Program-made: the position numbers and the translations under genes
The notes under the pieces: generated by a model
Database searches by the model: none
The model's input: only the letters and a program-made list of their open reading frames with translations
Told to the model about the DNA's origin: nothing
Assembly (NCBI GenBank): GCA_051313645.2
Contig: JBNRSN020000001.1
Span: 496,434,001-496,498,000, forward strand
Length of the DNA: 64,000 nucleotides
Direction: 5' to 3'
DNA from: Centroscyllium fabricii
Lineage: Eukaryota
In this document: piece after piece, positions 61,264-64,000 of the stretch
Layout: each line of letters starts with the position of its first letter
Position numbering within the stretch: position 1 is the first letter of the stretch

Positions 61264-64000
61264 CCTTAGACCGTAGGGCTAATAGGGTGGCCTTCCAGAC
61301 GGTGGCGTTCTCCCTCTCCACCTGTCCGTTCCCCCGGGGGTTATAGCTGGTTGTCCTGCTCGTGGCGATGCCCTTGGCGAGCAGAAACTGAGGCAGCTCA
61401 TCGCTCATAAAACAGGCGCCCCGGTTGCTATGGATGTAGCTGGGGTACGCGAACAGAGAGAAGATGCTGTGCAGTGCCCTAATGACCGTGGAGGAGGTCA
61501 TGTCCGGGCAGGGGATAGCGAAGGGGAAACGTGAGTACTCGTCAATAACATTGAGGAAGTACACGTTGTGGTTAGAGCAGCAGAGGGGCCCTTTGAAGTC
61601 GACGCTGAGTCGCTCAAAAGGGTGGGTGGCCTTTATCAGGTGTGCCCGGTCTAGCCGAAAGAAGTGCGGCTTGCACTCTGCACAGACCCAGCAGTTCTTG
61701 GTCATGGTCCTGACCTCCTCGATGGAGTACGGGAGGTTGCGGGACTTAATGAAATGAACGAACCTGGTGACCCCCGGGTGACAGAGGTCATTGTGCAGGG
61801 TCTGGAGACGGTCTACTTGTGCGCTGGCACATGTACCGCGGGACAGGGCATCTGAGGGCTCATTGAGTTTCCTGGGCCGGTACAAGATATCATAATTGAA
61901 GGCGGAGAGTTCGATTCTCCACCTCAATATCTTGTCGTTTTTAATTTTGCCCCACTGTTTGTTGTTGAACATAAACGCGACTGAGCGTTGGTCAGTCAGC
62001 AGGGTAAATCGTTTACCGGCCAGGTAGTGCCTCCAGTGTCGCACTGCTTCCACAATGGCCTGGGCCTCCTTCTCAACTGAAGAGTGTCGGGTTTCGGGGC
62101 CCTGGAGGGTGCGCGAGAAGGCGGCCACGGGTCTGCCCGCCTGGTTAAGGGTGGCGGCCAGGGTGAAGTCGGACGCATCGCTCTCCACCTGGAACGGGAT
62201 GGATTCGTCCACCGCGTGCATCGCGGCCTTTGCGATGTCCTGTTTGATGCCACTGAAGGCCATGCGGGCCTCCGCCGACAGGGGAAAAGAGGTCGATTTA
62301 ATGAGTGGGCGGGCCTTGTCTGCGTAGTTGGGGACCCCTGGGCATAATAGGAAAAGAAGCCCAGGCACCTTTTCAGGGCCTTGAGGCAGTGGGGGAAGGG
62401 AAGCTCCAGGAGGGGGCGCATGCGGTCCGGGCCGGGACCGATGACCCCATTCTCCACAACACAGCCGAGGATGGCGAGGCGGGTTGTCCTGAATGCACAT
62501 TTGTCTGTGTTATAGGTCAGGTTCAGGGCTCTGGCGGTGTGGAGAAATTTCTGGAGGTTGGTGTCGTGGTCCTGCTGGTCGTGGCCGCAGATGGTGACAT
62601 TATCCAGATACGGGAAAGTGGCCCGCAGTCCGTACTGATCCACCATTCGGTCCATCTCCCGTTGGAAGACCGAGACCCCGTTTGTGACACCAAATGGAAC
62701 CCGAAGGAAGTGATAGAGGCGGCCGTCTGCCTCGAAGGCAGTATAGTGGCGGTCCTCTGGGCGGATGGGGAGCTGGTGATACGCAGATTTTAAATCGATG
62801 GTCGAAAAGACCCGATACTGCGCGATCTGGTTCACCATCTCCGCTTTGCGGGGGAGGGGATACGCGTCTAACTGCGTAAACCGATTAATGATCTGACTGT
62901 AGTCGATGACCATTCGGTGCTTGGCTCCGGTCTTTACAACCACTACCTGGGCTCTCCAGGGTCTATTACTAGCCTCGATGACCCCTTCCCTCAGAAGCCG
63001 TTTCACCTCCGACCTGATAAAGTCTCTGTCCCCGGTACTGTAGCGCCTACTCTTGGTGGCGACGGGCTTGCAGTCCGGGGTGAGGTTGGCGAAGAGTGAG
63101 GGAGGGGCGACCTTAAGGGTCGAGAGGCCACAGGTAGTGCGCTGTGGGTACTGTGCGGAGCGCTGGTTGCTGAGCAGGGGAAGGGGCCCACCGTGCGCCA
63201 TTGTCACGCTCTGGAGATGGCATTGGAAATCGAGGCCCAGCAGTAGGGGAGTGCAGAGCTGCGGCAGCACGAATTGCTTAAAATGTTCAAAGTTTACACC
63301 CCGCACTGTCAGGGTCACTACGCAGCGACCGCAGACGTCCGCTGATTCAGACCTCAAAGCCATTGAAATTTTTTGGCTTGCCGGTGTTACTGTTCGGGAG
63401 AAGCGCTTTACCATGTCTGGATGTACAAAGCTCGCCGTACTCCCACTGTCGAAAAGGCAGTCCGTAGTGTGGCCATTCACCTGCACCGACATCATCGATT
63501 TGTTGAGCGGTTGTCTCTTGTCTTGGTCGAGGGTGATTGAGGCCAGAGTCGGGTCGGTGGAGGGGTCTGGGGCCTGGTCCCAAGATGGCGGCCCCCGCTG
63601 CCCCCACGCAGCGGGCTGTGTTGAAGATGGCTGTGTCCAAGATGGCGCGTGCTCCCACGTGGCGGGCTGTGTCCAAGATGGCGCTGCCGGCTGTGTCCAA
63701 GATGGCGGCCACACGCGGCGCTGCCGGGTTTGGGGGTCGATTGCGCTGCCGCTCTGCATACCTTGGCGTAGTGGCCCTTCTTCCCGCACTTGGAGCAGGT
63801 CGCGTCCCTTGCCGGGCAATTCCGTCTGGGGTGCTGGGCCTGGCCGCAGAAATAGCATTTCGGGCCTTTCGAGGTTGTCGCCGCGGTCAGCTCGTCCACG
63901 GGTCGCGGTGCGGCCGGCTGCGTCCAAGATGGCGGCATCCGCGATGTGCCCGCGTGGTATGGGTTGTAGGCGGCCATATTATGGGAAGCCAGGTCCAGCG

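Larger units (their letters stand above)
54711..64000 (-). mobile_element. Gypsy element F (runs past the window end): 3' LTR 54711-54988, integrase, RNase H, RT, PR and gag end; interrupted by A' and a hAT MITE
   Basis: LTR TGTGGTAAACCAC...GCATCA and PPT AAGCAAGGGGTGAA. ORFs 55038-55709, 61264-62500, 61996-63927 (LFDSGS, YLDNV); double zinc knuckle at ~63750-63860. Confidence 0.93.

Noticed and set aside
60674-61276. Poly-Pro/poly-Gly ORFs
   Set aside because: Low-complexity GC-rich interior of a non-autonomous hAT element; no transposase motifs.

Overview
Vertebrate, very probably cartilaginous fish (shark-like) DNA: it carries HE1/V-SINEs, shark-type CR1 and L2 LINEs. The only host coding sequence I recognise is one 139-bp + strand exon (51003-51141) encoding the start of the KLHL29 BTB domain, so the window is most likely KLHL29 introns. 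Most of the window is transposable elements. There are about 11 Ty3/Gypsy LTR insertions, several nested and mostly antisense to the gene, plus CR1/L2 fragments, SINEs and hAT, Tigger-like and Harbinger-like elements. Element letters A-H are my own labels. Main observation: one group of Gypsy families (A, A', C, D, E; F's 5' end lies outside the window) has no tRNA primer-binding site. Instead, the bases just after the 5' LTR are the reverse complement of a segment of the element's own LTR overlapping the poly(A) signal, and they co-vary family by family. One copy keeps a 27-nt over-copied version of that LTR segment. Together these suggest self-primed reverse transcription. The same families carry tandem YY1-consensus arrays in the gag-protease linker. 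Coordinates were counted by eye and no database search was run.
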